Under the pieces are notes generated by a model. The model saw only the letters and a list, made by a program, of their open reading frames with translations. It was not told the DNA's origin and made no database searches. Positions 52,573 to 62,018 of a stretch of DNA of 64,000 bases are shown piece after piece; position 1 is the first letter of the stretch; each line of letters begins with the position of its first letter. The position numbers and the translations under genes are program-made. The stretch lies in IMG/VR virus record IMGVR_UViG_3300003177_000005, positions 1 to 64,000 of that record. One strand, written 5' to 3'. The DNA is from a virus.

Positions 52573-53208
52573 ATGGCTAAAGTTACATATGATAACATCC
52601 CAGGGTTAACACTAGAGTGCGATGTTTTTCTTGGTAATGGAGCAGATGATAAAAGACCGTTAGAAGAAAGAGTTAAGGTAAAAGGTCGTTTAGGTTGGAC
52701 ATTTAGAAATGGTAGACCAAGAATTAATGTTTTCTGGGATAAAGTTAATAAAGATATTGATAAAGAGGTAAATTTCATAATTGCCCCATTTAATCCTGTA
52801 CCGTGTATGCAGTTTTTAGAAAACGTTATACATTATTATACTATTAGTTTAAAGAATAAAAACTTTAACAAAGCAGTTAATGTTATACACAAAAATGTTC
52901 ATGATGGTAAAGAGTTTAAACAAGCTGAAACTAAATTTAAATATGAATACCGTAATGGTGTTTATTATCCAACATTAGTTATAAAATGTTTAAGACATGG
53001 TCATACAGCTATAGCTGATTTATCAGTTGATAAAAATTGGTATACATATGGGAAAAGTATGTTTAGTCAAACAGAACAAAATACTTATGATGCTATAGGG
53101 TATCTATATCTGTCTAAGAAAGTTTTAAGCAATATAATTAGTGGTAAAACTAATCTTAACAAAGTTGAACAAGAAACAACAACAGATAAATTATTAAAGG
53201 AGATATAA
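52573..53208 (+). CDS. Hypothetical protein, possibly phiKZ gp052-like
   Basis: RLGWTFRNGRPRINVF...IIAPFNP resembles the conserved gene normally found between polB and chimallin; early-type promoter and AAGGAG RBS. Confidence 0.55.
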   Translation: MAKVTYDNIPGLTLECDVFLGNGADDKRPLEERVKVKGRLGWTFRNGRPRINVFWDKVNKDIDKEVNFIIAPFNPVPCMQFLENVIHYYTISLKNKNFNKAVNVIHKNVHDGKEFKQAETKFKYEYRNGVYYPTLVIKCLRHGHTAIADLSVDKNWYTYGKSMFSQTEQNTYDAIGYLYLSKKVLSNIISGKTNLNKVEQETTTDKLLKEI

Positions 53209-54150
53209 ATGGAAAAAGAAACAATTGGAGTAATGGATATAAAAAGTAGTATACCTTATTTAAAAAGGTTATTACACACAGAACCTTTTTATCCTGATAT
53301 GTGTCAATTACACTATGTATGTCGAAAAATATTAAACTTAGGAACTGATTATCAAGAAGAATGTTCTATTCAAGATATTTTATATTATTTAAAAGTCTTT
53401 TTCTATAAGATAGATGAAATAGAAATAGAAAATGGTATTAATAGTTTATTTAATGGTACAGTTGCTATTTTAAATACAATGAAAAATATTCGTAAGAATT
53501 TTAATACTACAGACTACGAAAGACTGATACATTTTGAACTTGATGCTGTTTATAGAGTACTCTATTATTTAAATCAAGAACTAGAACGTTTAAAACCATT
53601 TAGACCTGGTAAAAAATATTATGTTTTAGAGGGGGTAGATGGTAGTGGTAAGAGTACTGTAATAAAAAAGCTTAAAATTAAATTAGAGGATATTGAAAAT
53701 GTTTTCTTTATGGACGAGCCAACACTTTTAGCTTTTAGTATTAAAGATTTAACCGTTTTCCCACAATTGAGAGAATTATGGTTCCTTTTAAATAAAGAAT
53801 ATCTAAAAGATAAAATAATTATATCGGGTCGATCTTATATTTCTGGTATGGTGTATAATAATTTGTTAGTAAGAAAAATAAAAATAGATAAAGTTTATTG
53901 TTTATTACCAGAACTAAAACTAAATAAAGAGTTACTCGAAACTCGCGGCCATCTAGATGAATTAGATAAAAAATATCTAGAAAGACAAGCTGATTTTAAT
54001 AATAAGTTTGTAGAAACAATATGCAATAATGAAAGTATTAAAAAATATAATATTTACTCGATGGCTGAAAAAGAAAACTTAACTGACTATCAAGAAGAGA
54101 TAATTAAAGATATAAGTAAAAAAGTTAAAAAACATAGCAAAGGAAAATAA
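53209..54150 (+). CDS. tmk: Thymidylate (dTMP) kinase with a ~130-aa N-terminal extension
   Basis: VLEGVDGSGKST P-loop, DEP and GRSYISGMVY motifs. Confidence 0.8.
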   Translation: MEKETIGVMDIKSSIPYLKRLLHTEPFYPDMCQLHYVCRKILNLGTDYQEECSIQDILYYLKVFFYKIDEIEIENGINSLFNGTVAILNTMKNIRKNFNTTDYERLIHFELDAVYRVLYYLNQELERLKPFRPGKKYYVLEGVDGSGKSTVIKKLKIKLEDIENVFFMDEPTLLAFSIKDLTVFPQLRELWFLLNKEYLKDKIIISGRSYISGMVYNNLLVRKIKIDKVYCLLPELKLNKELLETRGHLDELDKKYLERQADFNNKFVETICNNESIKKYNIYSMAEKENLTDYQEEIIKDISKKVKKHSKGK

Positions 54151-54917
54151 TGAGTGGACTAGAAAGAAAAACAAGAGTTGATGATCAATTAGTTGTTGAA
54201 CATATAGATCAAGACTGGATTAAAGGTGATTTTAAAGATTTAAAAAAGTTTGTTGCTGATATTGCAACTCTATCTTATGGTAATGATGAAGCTAAAAATC
54301 CAGAAAGACTTTTTGATAGGTTAAGAGAACTTAAACACGAAAGTATTTTAGAGTTTGTTAACTTATACCCATTCTTACCAGAAAAGAAATGTAATTATGC
54401 TGGAAGTAAAAGAATCAATGCTTCATTAAGACATTTGAGCGATGAAAGCTTTCAATCACATTGGGATTTAGAAACTAGTTATATTGGTAAAGAGGCTTTA
54501 TATAATACATATATGAAAAATGTTTTTACTTTTAAGATAACTGCACCTATATTTGTTATAAGACAATTTGTCAGACATCGTATCTTATCATTCTTAGAAT
54601 TAAGTAGAAGATATGTTGGTAATAATAAAGTACCATTTAAGTTCTATATACCTAACAATGTTAATACGGTATCACAAATAATAATGAAAGAAAGTAATGA
54701 AGAAAGTGTAAGACACTATGAACAATTACTATCAGAGGGTGTACATACTCAATTAGCTCGTTCTGTTCTAGGGACTAATCTTATGACTACTATTTACGTA
54801 CAAGGTACAAAAGAAGAGTGGCAATCATTCTTAAATCTTAGAACTAAAAAATCAGCTCAAGATGAAATAAGATATGTTGCAGAGATGATAGATGAAGTTG
54901 TTAATAAGAAACAATAA
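54150..54917 (+). CDS. thyX: Flavin-dependent thymidylate synthase
   Basis: HESILEF, RQFVRHR..SF.ELSRRY, LARSVL and LRTKKSAQDEIR motifs. Confidence 0.93.
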   Translation: MSGLERKTRVDDQLVVEHIDQDWIKGDFKDLKKFVADIATLSYGNDEAKNPERLFDRLRELKHESILEFVNLYPFLPEKKCNYAGSKRINASLRHLSDESFQSHWDLETSYIGKEALYNTYMKNVFTFKITAPIFVIRQFVRHRILSFLELSRRYVGNNKVPFKFYIPNNVNTVSQIIMKESNEESVRHYEQLLSEGVHTQLARSVLGTNLMTTIYVQGTKEEWQSFLNLRTKKSAQDEIRYVAEMIDEVVNKKQ

Positions 54918-55351
54918 TGAAGATTGTCATTAAGAAAGATGAAAATATTCTAAGAGCACCATCAGGTTTCGTAGTAATTCCTGTTAATGGTGTTGGTGTT
55001 ATGGGTAAAGGTCTAGCCTTACAATTTAAACAAAAGTTTCCTATTGGTTATAACTATTATAGAGATGTTTGTAATAGTGGGGAATTTGATGGTAAGTACA
55101 TTGATGGTTGGGAAGAGTTCATATTTTTTAAAACAAAAGAACATTGGAGAGACCCTTCCATTATGGAAGATATAATAAAGGGTCTTTATGAACTTAAAGA
55201 GGTTTTAATAGAAGACTTCCTTATGGACGATATTAATATACCAAAGATAGGTTGTGGTTTAGGTGGTCTTGATTGGGTTTTAGTAAAGAATGCTATAATC
55301 CAAATATTAGGAACAGTGGAAAATGAAAAAACACTTTACATTTACGAATAA
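54917..55351 (+). CDS. Macrodomain protein (Poa1p/DarG-like ADP-ribose hydrolase)
   Basis: PVNGVGVMGKGLALQFK, FKTKEHWR and IPKIGCGLGGLDW motifs. Confidence 0.9.
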   Translation: MKIVIKKDENILRAPSGFVVIPVNGVGVMGKGLALQFKQKFPIGYNYYRDVCNSGEFDGKYIDGWEEFIFFKTKEHWRDPSIMEDIIKGLYELKEVLIEDFLMDDINIPKIGCGLGGLDWVLVKNAIIQILGTVENEKTLYIYE

Positions 55352-55360
55352 AGGTGCAAT

Positions 55361-55777
55361 ATGAGAGGAATTATAGTTGCATTAGCAATTAAGTTAATGG
55401 AAAATAAAGAATTACTTGGTTTAGCTGAACCAATGAAAAAAGGTGGTGTTGTTACTATAGACCCTGATAAAAAATATGAAGACTTCTATTTTGCTACTAG
55501 TTGTCTTTATAAAAATCTTAGAGATCGACCAGCTATAGATGATGTCCTAAAAACTTTTTTTAAGAAACATAAGATTGATAAGGAATTAGTTTTCTGTTTG
55601 ATTAATCATCATATTGAAAAAACTAATATCGATTGTAATTTATTAAAAGTTGAAAAAGATAATATTTGGAGAGATAGTGAGTATGTTTATAAATTACTAG
55701 AAGGGTTATATAATGGTAGTATTAATAAACCTAATAGTTATTTAAAACGCAATGGAGTTAAACGATGGTACAAATAA
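55361..55777 (+). CDS. Hypothetical protein
   Basis: 138-aa ORF with RBS. Confidence 0.7.
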   Translation: MRGIIVALAIKLMENKELLGLAEPMKKGGVVTIDPDKKYEDFYFATSCLYKNLRDRPAIDDVLKTFFKKHKIDKELVFCLINHHIEKTNIDCNLLKVEKDNIWRDSEYVYKLLEGLYNGSINKPNSYLKRNGVKRWYK

Positions 55778-55790
55778 GAAAGGTAATGAA

Positions 55791-56160
55791 ATGAGAAATA
55801 AAATTTTTAAACCTAGCTTGTAAAATAGCAAGAATAATTAGGTTAGAAATCAATCATTTATCTGATTCTGAACAAACTTGTTATATGGTATCCACAGGTT
55901 ATAATTGCGAAGATAAAAAAGGGGATCGTCCCTGGTTCTTATTTATTATAGATATAAAAAAAAAGATGGGAAACATTTTCTATTTAATTTAGAAAATGTT
56001 TCCTTACATAGAACAGTAAACCTAGAAGATAATTTATGTATTGTTGGTAATTACATGTATCAGTATAAAATTGATACTAATAAGATTCCTGGTTTTGATA
56101 AAAAAAAACTCTTAACACATACTACATAAAAGTAGTATCTAGTAATAAAAATCGTAAATA
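55791..56160 (+). pseudogene. Hypothetical gene with multiple homopolymer frameshifts
   Basis: ATG 55791 after AAAGG; coding-like frames switch at A-runs near 55800, 55960 and 56100. Confidence 0.5.
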
Positions 56161-56245
56161 ATTTATTAAAATATTTTTTATTTGGTTATGATATCACTAT
56201 AGGTACTCTTAGGAGTTAAAAAATTAATATTATAAAGGAGTTAAT

Positions 56246-56548
56246 ATGGTATTAAAAATTGTAGAAGTAAAAACAAAATTAATGTTCGTTAAGGAGTTTA
56301 ATGTTTTTATAGATGATAATAAAATAGCTAATGTTCGTTGGAGAACAAAAGCTAAATTATCATCTATGTTGGCAAGCTTTAGATATGCTGGGGACATTAA
56401 CTTCAAAAATGCTAGACCAACAAATAAAGAAGAGGTGGTTGGCATAATTAAAAAATATGTTTTAGAAACATATGTTAATTTAAAGACAACTAGTAATAAA
56501 GGTTACAAGATAACATCAACTGATGTTAATCTTTTACCTGAAGATTAA
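56246..56548 (+). CDS. Hypothetical protein
   Basis: AAGGAG RBS; followed by CTGAAGA/TCTTCAG hairpin and T-run. Confidence 0.75.
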   Translation: MVLKIVEVKTKLMFVKEFNVFIDDNKIANVRWRTKAKLSSMLASFRYAGDINFKNARPTNKEEVVGIIKKYVLETYVNLKTTSNKGYKITSTDVNLLPED

Positions 56549-56603
56549 TTTCTTCAGACCTTTTTTTCTTTTCCCCAGTAACACTTTTTTAAATTCATTA
56601 CTT

Positions 56604-56763
56604 TTTTATACAGATATAATTAAAATAGTGATGATGTCACTAATTTAGTTTTATACAAATAAGTAATGTTATATTATACTAGGATAACAACTAGAGGTTA
56701 TCTCCATAAAGTAGTATAATATCAAGGCATGAAATGTTTGTATTAAAACACCAAGGAGTTAAA
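56604..56763 (+). promoter_or_regulatory. Early-type promoter with a long structured leader
   Basis: TATACA-GATATAAT box; TAGTGA-tgatg-TCACTA hairpin; ATATTATACTA/TAGTATAATAT stem enclosing GATAAC/GTTATC. Confidence 0.6.
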
Positions 56764-57474
56764 ATGACAACAATTAAAAATAAGAATATGGAACTAACAC
56801 ACGATGCTAATAAGGGTATCTTAACAATTAATGATACTTTTCATACCGTTAAATCTAAAGATGAGATTAAGATACTAACAGTATTATTATCAGATAATCC
56901 AATAACAAGAAGTAAAGTAAAAGTTGGAGTAGACAAGAAAATATTTAGAGTTAGTTTTTTTAAATTAAAGATGAGTTTAACAATGAATATCTTTCTAGTT
57001 TTGAAAGAGTTAGACTTACTTAAACTTGAAAATAAATCACCAACATCTTTCATCTTAAATGTTGGGGATAAAAAATTTAATATGGTTTATGAGGATAACC
57101 TATTTAAATTAAAAAGTCATCATAGACATAAAAAAACTTTAAATACTGTTAAATTTAAAGAGATTAAAACAGATCGTGTTAAACTACCAGATATAATTGG
57201 GAGTATTCAAATTAATGGTTATGAACTTAAAAATGAAGAAATAGCTAAAATCCAAATTTACTTAGTAAATGAGATAAAAAAAGCTATTGTAGAACAAGGT
57301 AGTTTTAGTATTTCGGGATTTGGTTCATTTACTTATAAACAAGCATATGTTAAAAAGAATCAATATATGCCAGAGACAGGTTGCAAAAACGACATATTAA
57401 TTAAAGCTAATGTTCGATTTAAAGCAAGTAAAGCATTAAGAGATAAATTATTAGAAAAGACTGAAGGGGAATAG
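56764..57474 (+). CDS. Protein with a C-terminal HU/IHF-like DNA-binding domain
   Basis: FSISGFGSF...PETG...I.IKA..VRFKASKALRD; AAGGAG RBS favours ATG 56764. Confidence 0.8.
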   Translation: MTTIKNKNMELTHDANKGILTINDTFHTVKSKDEIKILTVLLSDNPITRSKVKVGVDKKIFRVSFFKLKMSLTMNIFLVLKELDLLKLENKSPTSFILNVGDKKFNMVYEDNLFKLKSHHRHKKTLNTVKFKEIKTDRVKLPDIIGSIQINGYELKNEEIAKIQIYLVNEIKKAIVEQGSFSISGFGSFTYKQAYVKKNQYMPETGCKNDILIKANVRFKASKALRDKLLEKTEGE

Positions 57475-57906
57475 ATGTTAACAAAATTATATAATGAATT
57501 AAAGATAATCATCAAGAATTATGATGATTACTATTCAAAAGATAAACAGTGTCTAAATTATCAAGATACTGTTGAATTAGATAAGTACCTTATAGCACTT
57601 GTTGGAAATGTCTTTATAATAAAGCATCGAAATCCAATAACTAATTCTGTAACTATGGATGTAGTTATTATTGATGAAATAAAGAAAGTAATCGATAATG
57701 AAGATACTTTTCAAAACTTTATTTTATCACTTGATGGTACACAAAAGGTAAACGAGTTTACCAATATTAAAGTTGAGGAAAATCAAGTAGGAGCTGATGT
57801 TGATGATATCTGTAAAGAAAAAAGATTTAAAAGATTAGTAAACACTATTTTAGATTTTATGTTAGGTATGGCAACAACTTACCTTATTTATCAAATGTTA
57901 TATTAA
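57475..57906 (+). CDS. Hypothetical protein with a C-terminal TM anchor
   Basis: ORF; hydrophobic C-terminus. Confidence 0.7.
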   Translation: MLTKLYNELKIIIKNYDDYYSKDKQCLNYQDTVELDKYLIALVGNVFIIKHRNPITNSVTMDVVIIDEIKKVIDNEDTFQNFILSLDGTQKVNEFTNIKVEENQVGADVDDICKEKRFKRLVNTILDFMLGMATTYLIYQMLY

Positions 57907-57918
57907 AAAAGGAAAAAG

Positions 57919-58206
57919 ATGAAGAAAATTATTGTGTTATTAGTGTTAATAAGTAGTATGGTATTAGGTAATGAGTTTAAAGTAACAAATGAGAATGGTC
58001 TAGTAATATACAATACTCGTTTTCAAAAAGTTATTGTTAATAAGGCAAATTTTAAAGAGTTCATAGCTCTTAAAAGATTTAGAGTTGCTTTATATAGAAT
58101 TGAAGGTGTCTATACTAAGTATAATTGGATTTTATTGGTTTTAGATAAAAATGGTAAATCAACTTATCAGACTCTAGTAAATGTTAAGGAGATTCCAAAT
58201 GAGTAG
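57919..58206 (+). CDS. Secreted hypothetical protein
   Basis: Signal peptide MKKIIVLLVLISSMVLG. Confidence 0.7.
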   Translation: MKKIIVLLVLISSMVLGNEFKVTNENGLVIYNTRFQKVIVNKANFKEFIALKRFRVALYRIEGVYTKYNWILLVLDKNGKSTYQTLVNVKEIPNE

Positions 58207-58570
58207 TTTAGTAATGGTCTATCCAGATACAAAAGCAAAATTAAAAGAACAGTTTACTATATTTAAACGAAAAAAATTTGGGACCATTTATAATGGTAAC
58301 TTAACTGAAATTAAAAAAACCATAGAAGACACTAATATGGTAGCTATGGAAATAATTCCATTTGTTCAGGTATATGGTAGAGATACTACAACAAGCGAGA
58401 TAGTAGCTAATGATGATTTAGAAGAGTATTCTGCTAAAATCGCTAAACGATATCTTTGTGTAGAACCTTATAGAAGAAATACATATATATTACCTGGGCC
58501 TATTAGTGAAGTTGTAGTTGATGATTTAAATAAAGCTGTTTTAGATTTAATAAAAGAAGATTGGAGATAA
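58199..58570 (+). CDS. Hypothetical protein
   Basis: AAGGAG RBS favours ATG 58199. Confidence 0.7.
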   Translation: MSSLVMVYPDTKAKLKEQFTIFKRKKFGTIYNGNLTEIKKTIEDTNMVAMEIIPFVQVYGRDTTTSEIVANDDLEEYSAKIAKRYLCVEPYRRNTYILPGPISEVVVDDLNKAVLDLIKEDWR

Positions 58571-58574
58571 AAAA

Positions 58575-59717
58575 ATGAAAAAAAAAGAAAATACAGGTAA
58601 ATTTAATAATGATACAGTAGGTATCATTGATGATGGTTCATTAGTAACCTTTAAAGAGTATAAAGAGACAAAGTCTAATACATTTGCTGGTTTACCAAGT
58701 ATCACTATTGATTTAGAACATCGTAGTTATATCTTCTATCTTAAAGATGCTAACATTCATTGCTTTAACGATGATAAATACGAAGACCGATTAAATCAAT
58801 TATCTTTGTCACCAACATTCTTTTATACACTTAGAGCTAATCCTACAAAGAAGGATATAATTTATTTCGATGGTTTAGGGTTTAAAAATATTTTGTTAGA
58901 ACCAGTAGAAGAACCTATTATTAACAATCTAGACCTTGATGAAGTTTTAGAGGGTATCCTTCTTAGTGGGGATAAAATAAATGTTGACTTTATACTAGGA
59001 CTAAACCTGCATCTTACGGATAATCCGAATGAGAGAATAAAGTTTATAAATTTTAAAGTAAAACCAGGTTTCGAGGTTGAAGCTGAGATAGTTATAAAAG
59101 ATGTTTCTTATATGGAAAAAGGTACTTTAGTATATACTAAAGAACTTAGAATTACTTTTACTAGAGATAAATATGACAATATAAATACTTGTTTGGGTGA
59201 ACCCCTTAAAATGATGAAAAATGTTAATACTAATATGGACAATAGTATTGGGCGTCAAATTGGTAGTCAAAGTATAAATAGCAACACTCAGATTTTGGTT
59301 GACAGAGAAGAGGTTGCAACTCAAAACTCTAAAGAAGAAGTATCAGACCTAATTACAGATGAAAATATTACTGAAATTAAAGAAGATTTTAAAGAAAAAG
59401 ATGAAATGTATCTACCTAGTTCTGATGCTGTTCCCAAAGAAGAATTAAACCCTATACTTATACCAGATATACCAAAGGGAGAAGTTAAAATAAATAATGG
59501 TGGGTCTGACCCTTTATTAAGTCAAGAGTGGGGTAATGAAGGTGCAAGAGAACCGATAGTTGAACCTAATGAAATTAAGGATTTCGAACAAATGGATAAT
59601 GTAAACCCTAACACTATGAAAAAAAATATGATGACCTTTAAGGGTCTTGAAGAAAAAGATCTTATTAAAGAAGGTGGGAAAGAGATTTCTTACATAATTA
59701 AAAAGTTTTTAAAATGA
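58575..59717 (+). CDS. Hypothetical protein with an acidic, probably disordered C-terminal half
   Basis: 380-aa ORF. Confidence 0.75.
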   Translation: MKKKENTGKFNNDTVGIIDDGSLVTFKEYKETKSNTFAGLPSITIDLEHRSYIFYLKDANIHCFNDDKYEDRLNQLSLSPTFFYTLRANPTKKDIIYFDGLGFKNILLEPVEEPIINNLDLDEVLEGILLSGDKINVDFILGLNLHLTDNPNERIKFINFKVKPGFEVEAEIVIKDVSYMEKGTLVYTKELRITFTRDKYDNINTCLGEPLKMMKNVNTNMDNSIGRQIGSQSINSNTQILVDREEVATQNSKEEVSDLITDENITEIKEDFKEKDEMYLPSSDAVPKEELNPILIPDIPKGEVKINNGGSDPLLSQEWGNEGAREPIVEPNEIKDFEQMDNVNPNTMKKNMMTFKGLEEKDLIKEGGKEISYIIKKFLK

Positions 59718-59737
59718 AAAATAAAAAAGGATAACAG

Positions 59738-60202
59738 ATACTAGCACCAATAAAAAGAAAAGAATTCTTTAGAGGATTTCAAAAAACTATTGAGGATTTC
59801 TTTAAAGAGAATAATCTTCATTATATTCCTTTCGCACTAGATCGCGTTATTGGAAATGTATACATTAAGTATCTAACTAAAGAATTGGAGATATTTGTAA
59901 ATCTATCTGAAATGTTTAAAGATGGTAAGGTTAATATCAAAATAGGTCGGACTCGCATGCCAGTAGAAGATGCCACAAAATTAATCGAAAACCTAGAAGT
60001 GATTATTAAAGATTATGTCGCAGAGAACACTAAGGTTATTGATTTAGATAATTGTGACGTAAAAGAGTTCGTAACCAAAGAGACAGGTTATCAACTCATT
60101 GATGATACAATAGTGAATGAACAAAATCTCTTAACATTTATGAAAAATATTGATGGTAAGGAAAAGAGATTTACCTTGGATTTAACAGAAAAATTAAGCT
60201 AG
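59738..60202 (+). CDS. Hypothetical protein, apparently initiating at ATA
   Basis: The frame is open 49 codons upstream of the track start; AAGGA at 59727-59731 lies 6 nt before ATA 59738. Confidence 0.6.
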   Translation: MLAPIKRKEFFRGFQKTIEDFFKENNLHYIPFALDRVIGNVYIKYLTKELEIFVNLSEMFKDGKVNIKIGRTRMPVEDATKLIENLEVIIKDYVAENTKVIDLDNCDVKEFVTKETGYQLIDDTIVNEQNLLTFMKNIDGKEKRFTLDLTEKLS

Positions 60203-60249
60203 AAGATAATACTCTACTTAAAGTTGTTCCTACTTATAGATACATAATA

Positions 60250-60468
60250 ATGGGTAATAAAAAATATAATCAAAAAGCATTTGTTCCAATTAAGGGTAAG
60301 TGCAATTTTGATAAAAAGTTAGAAACAGAAGTGACTGTTTTAACTATTAAAAAAATTATAGAATTTTTCTTCAGCTCAATATTGGTTATTAGTATCATAA
60401 TAGCTATCAATGTTTTATTCTTTAAAGAAACTGATGAGGATGCTTATAAAAACAGAAGTAACTTTTAG
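60250..60468 (+). CDS. Small single-TM hypothetical protein
   Basis: 72-aa ORF with a hydrophobic segment. Confidence 0.5.
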   Translation: MGNKKYNQKAFVPIKGKCNFDKKLETEVTVLTIKKIIEFFFSSILVISIIIAINVLFFKETDEDAYKNRSNF

Positions 60469-60476
60469 ATGTATTA

Positions 60477-60519
60477 CTAGGTGTAGGTTTAAAACCTACA
60501 CCTAGCTTATTTTTTTTTA
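60477..60519 (+). terminator. Intrinsic terminator
   Basis: CTAGGTGTAGGTTT-a-AAACCTACACCTAG followed by a T-tract. Confidence 0.8.
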
Positions 60520-60531
60520 TTTCATTATGTT

Positions 60532-60562
60532 TTTATACAGATATAGTTTAAATAGTGATTAA
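60532..60562 (+). promoter_or_regulatory. Early-type promoter with 5' hairpin
   Basis: TATACA-GATATAGT-TTAA-ATAGTGA-ttaaga-TCATTAT. Confidence 0.6.
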
Positions 60563-60592
60563 GATCATTATATTTTAATTAAGGAGAGAAAG

Positions 60593-61156
60593 TTGTTTAA
60601 ATTAAAGAAACTAACAACAGGGAAATTCATAGAGGTGCTAAACAATGCTGTTATAAACTATTGTCAAAGTACAATTGGTGACTTTAACGAAAGTCAATTG
60701 TTTTACGATAAGTTTAATAATAATGGCAAAAGTTTTATTCAGTGGGAATTTACTTCCCAACATATTCTAACATTAAATTTAACACTACTTTTACAAAATG
60801 GAGTAGTAAATTTGACAGAGAAAAGAGCAGACCAAACTATCCTACCTTTAGAACTAATTCTAAAGTTAGAAGATATAGTTTCTAAGCATTTAGAAAAGGT
60901 AGATTTTGATTTAAAAAAATTAGAAGACTACTTAAAAGAGGAAGGTTTTACAATTGGTCATATCAGTCTCTATGGGGATGTATTTAAACTCGCATTTACA
61001 AAATGGTTTGATATGGTACCAAGACATTATAGAATAAATATTACTAGACTTATAGTGGGTTTACCTGTATTATTAGAAAGTGAGGTAGAAAATACTGGTA
61101 GTAATGAAATTAAAAAAGTAATCAAAAAAATAAATCAAATGCGACAAGAGGACTAA
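60593..61156 (+). CDS. Hypothetical protein
   Basis: TTG start with AAGGAG RBS. Confidence 0.75.
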   Translation: MFKLKKLTTGKFIEVLNNAVINYCQSTIGDFNESQLFYDKFNNNGKSFIQWEFTSQHILTLNLTLLLQNGVVNLTEKRADQTILPLELILKLEDIVSKHLEKVDFDLKKLEDYLKEEGFTIGHISLYGDVFKLAFTKWFDMVPRHYRINITRLIVGLPVLLESEVENTGSNEIKKVIKKINQMRQED

Positions 61157-61419
61157 TGTTATGAACAGTTTTATACAAAACTATTTACCAAGGATTTTGT
61201 CTTTGGTAATATTTTAAGTATTACTAAAAATAAGTCAAAACAAGAACAAGAGAGAATACATATTTTTATCGTTTCTCTAATTGCTAACTTTTTCTTTACA
61301 GCATTACTAAAAGATTATCTACCAGTTCCAGAAAATACAACCGAGTTTGTTTTATTGTCTGTTATGTGTATAATTGGTTTTGTTACTATTATGGTAACAT
61401 ATGAAAGTAAAATTAAATA
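61156..61419 (+). pseudogene. Small membrane protein with a 1-nt insertion right after ATG
   Basis: ATGTTATGAACAG: removing one T gives MYEQFYTKLF...IGFVTIMVTYESKIK*. Confidence 0.45.
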
Positions 61420-61607
61420 AATGGTTACGGAAGTAGGAGCATTTGAGAAGAAGATTGATTATGTATAAATTAAAAGAAAATATTAATATTTGATACTAGG
61501 AGCCGTATGGTTTCCTAGTAACATCTTTTACTATTAAAGTAACCTTTATTTTTTTATTTTCGACCTTTATTATTGATAAGATAAAAAAAAAGGGGGGGGG
61601 GTTACTA

Positions 61608-61943
61608 ATGAATGAGTTTAATAACAAAGGTATATCGGAGTTAAAGGATTTAATTTATGTTAATACAAGAAAGTTTAAAGATGACAAGAAAATACTTTTT
61701 GATGTATTAGTCAAAATACAAATGGAGATACTATTAAAGTTAGCCCCATCAAAGGATATCGTAATAGAAGATTTAAATAATATTTTAAAAGGTGATTTTG
61801 CTGTTTATGATGATCCATTTACAAATATAAATGAAATTATTCTAGAAAATATTTATGATAATAATTTAGATTATAATAAAGAACTACAGCGTTTAGCTGT
61901 TTTTTCATTTTTAAAATGTCAAAACGAAGGTATACTTGATTAA
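61608..61943 (+). CDS. Hypothetical protein preceded by an A9G10 tract
   Basis: 111-aa ORF. Confidence 0.7.
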   Translation: MNEFNNKGISELKDLIYVNTRKFKDDKKILFDVLVKIQMEILLKLAPSKDIVIEDLNNILKGDFAVYDDPFTNINEIILENIYDNNLDYNKELQRLAVFSFLKCQNEGILD

Positions 61944-62018
61944 CTCTCAGTTTAGAGAGTTAATCAAAATATTTTCATAAAGATATTTTTTAATTAATAT
62001 TAGAAAGGACTTAGAAGT

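Noticed and set aside
8348-59324. Many short ORFs nested antisense or out of frame within long genes (e.g. 8348, 11954, 13656, 16794, 20685, 20964, 22217, 28634, 28999, 32364, 33627, 40452, 47360, 51422)
   Set aside because: They overlap well-supported genes or structured leaders and have shadow-frame composition
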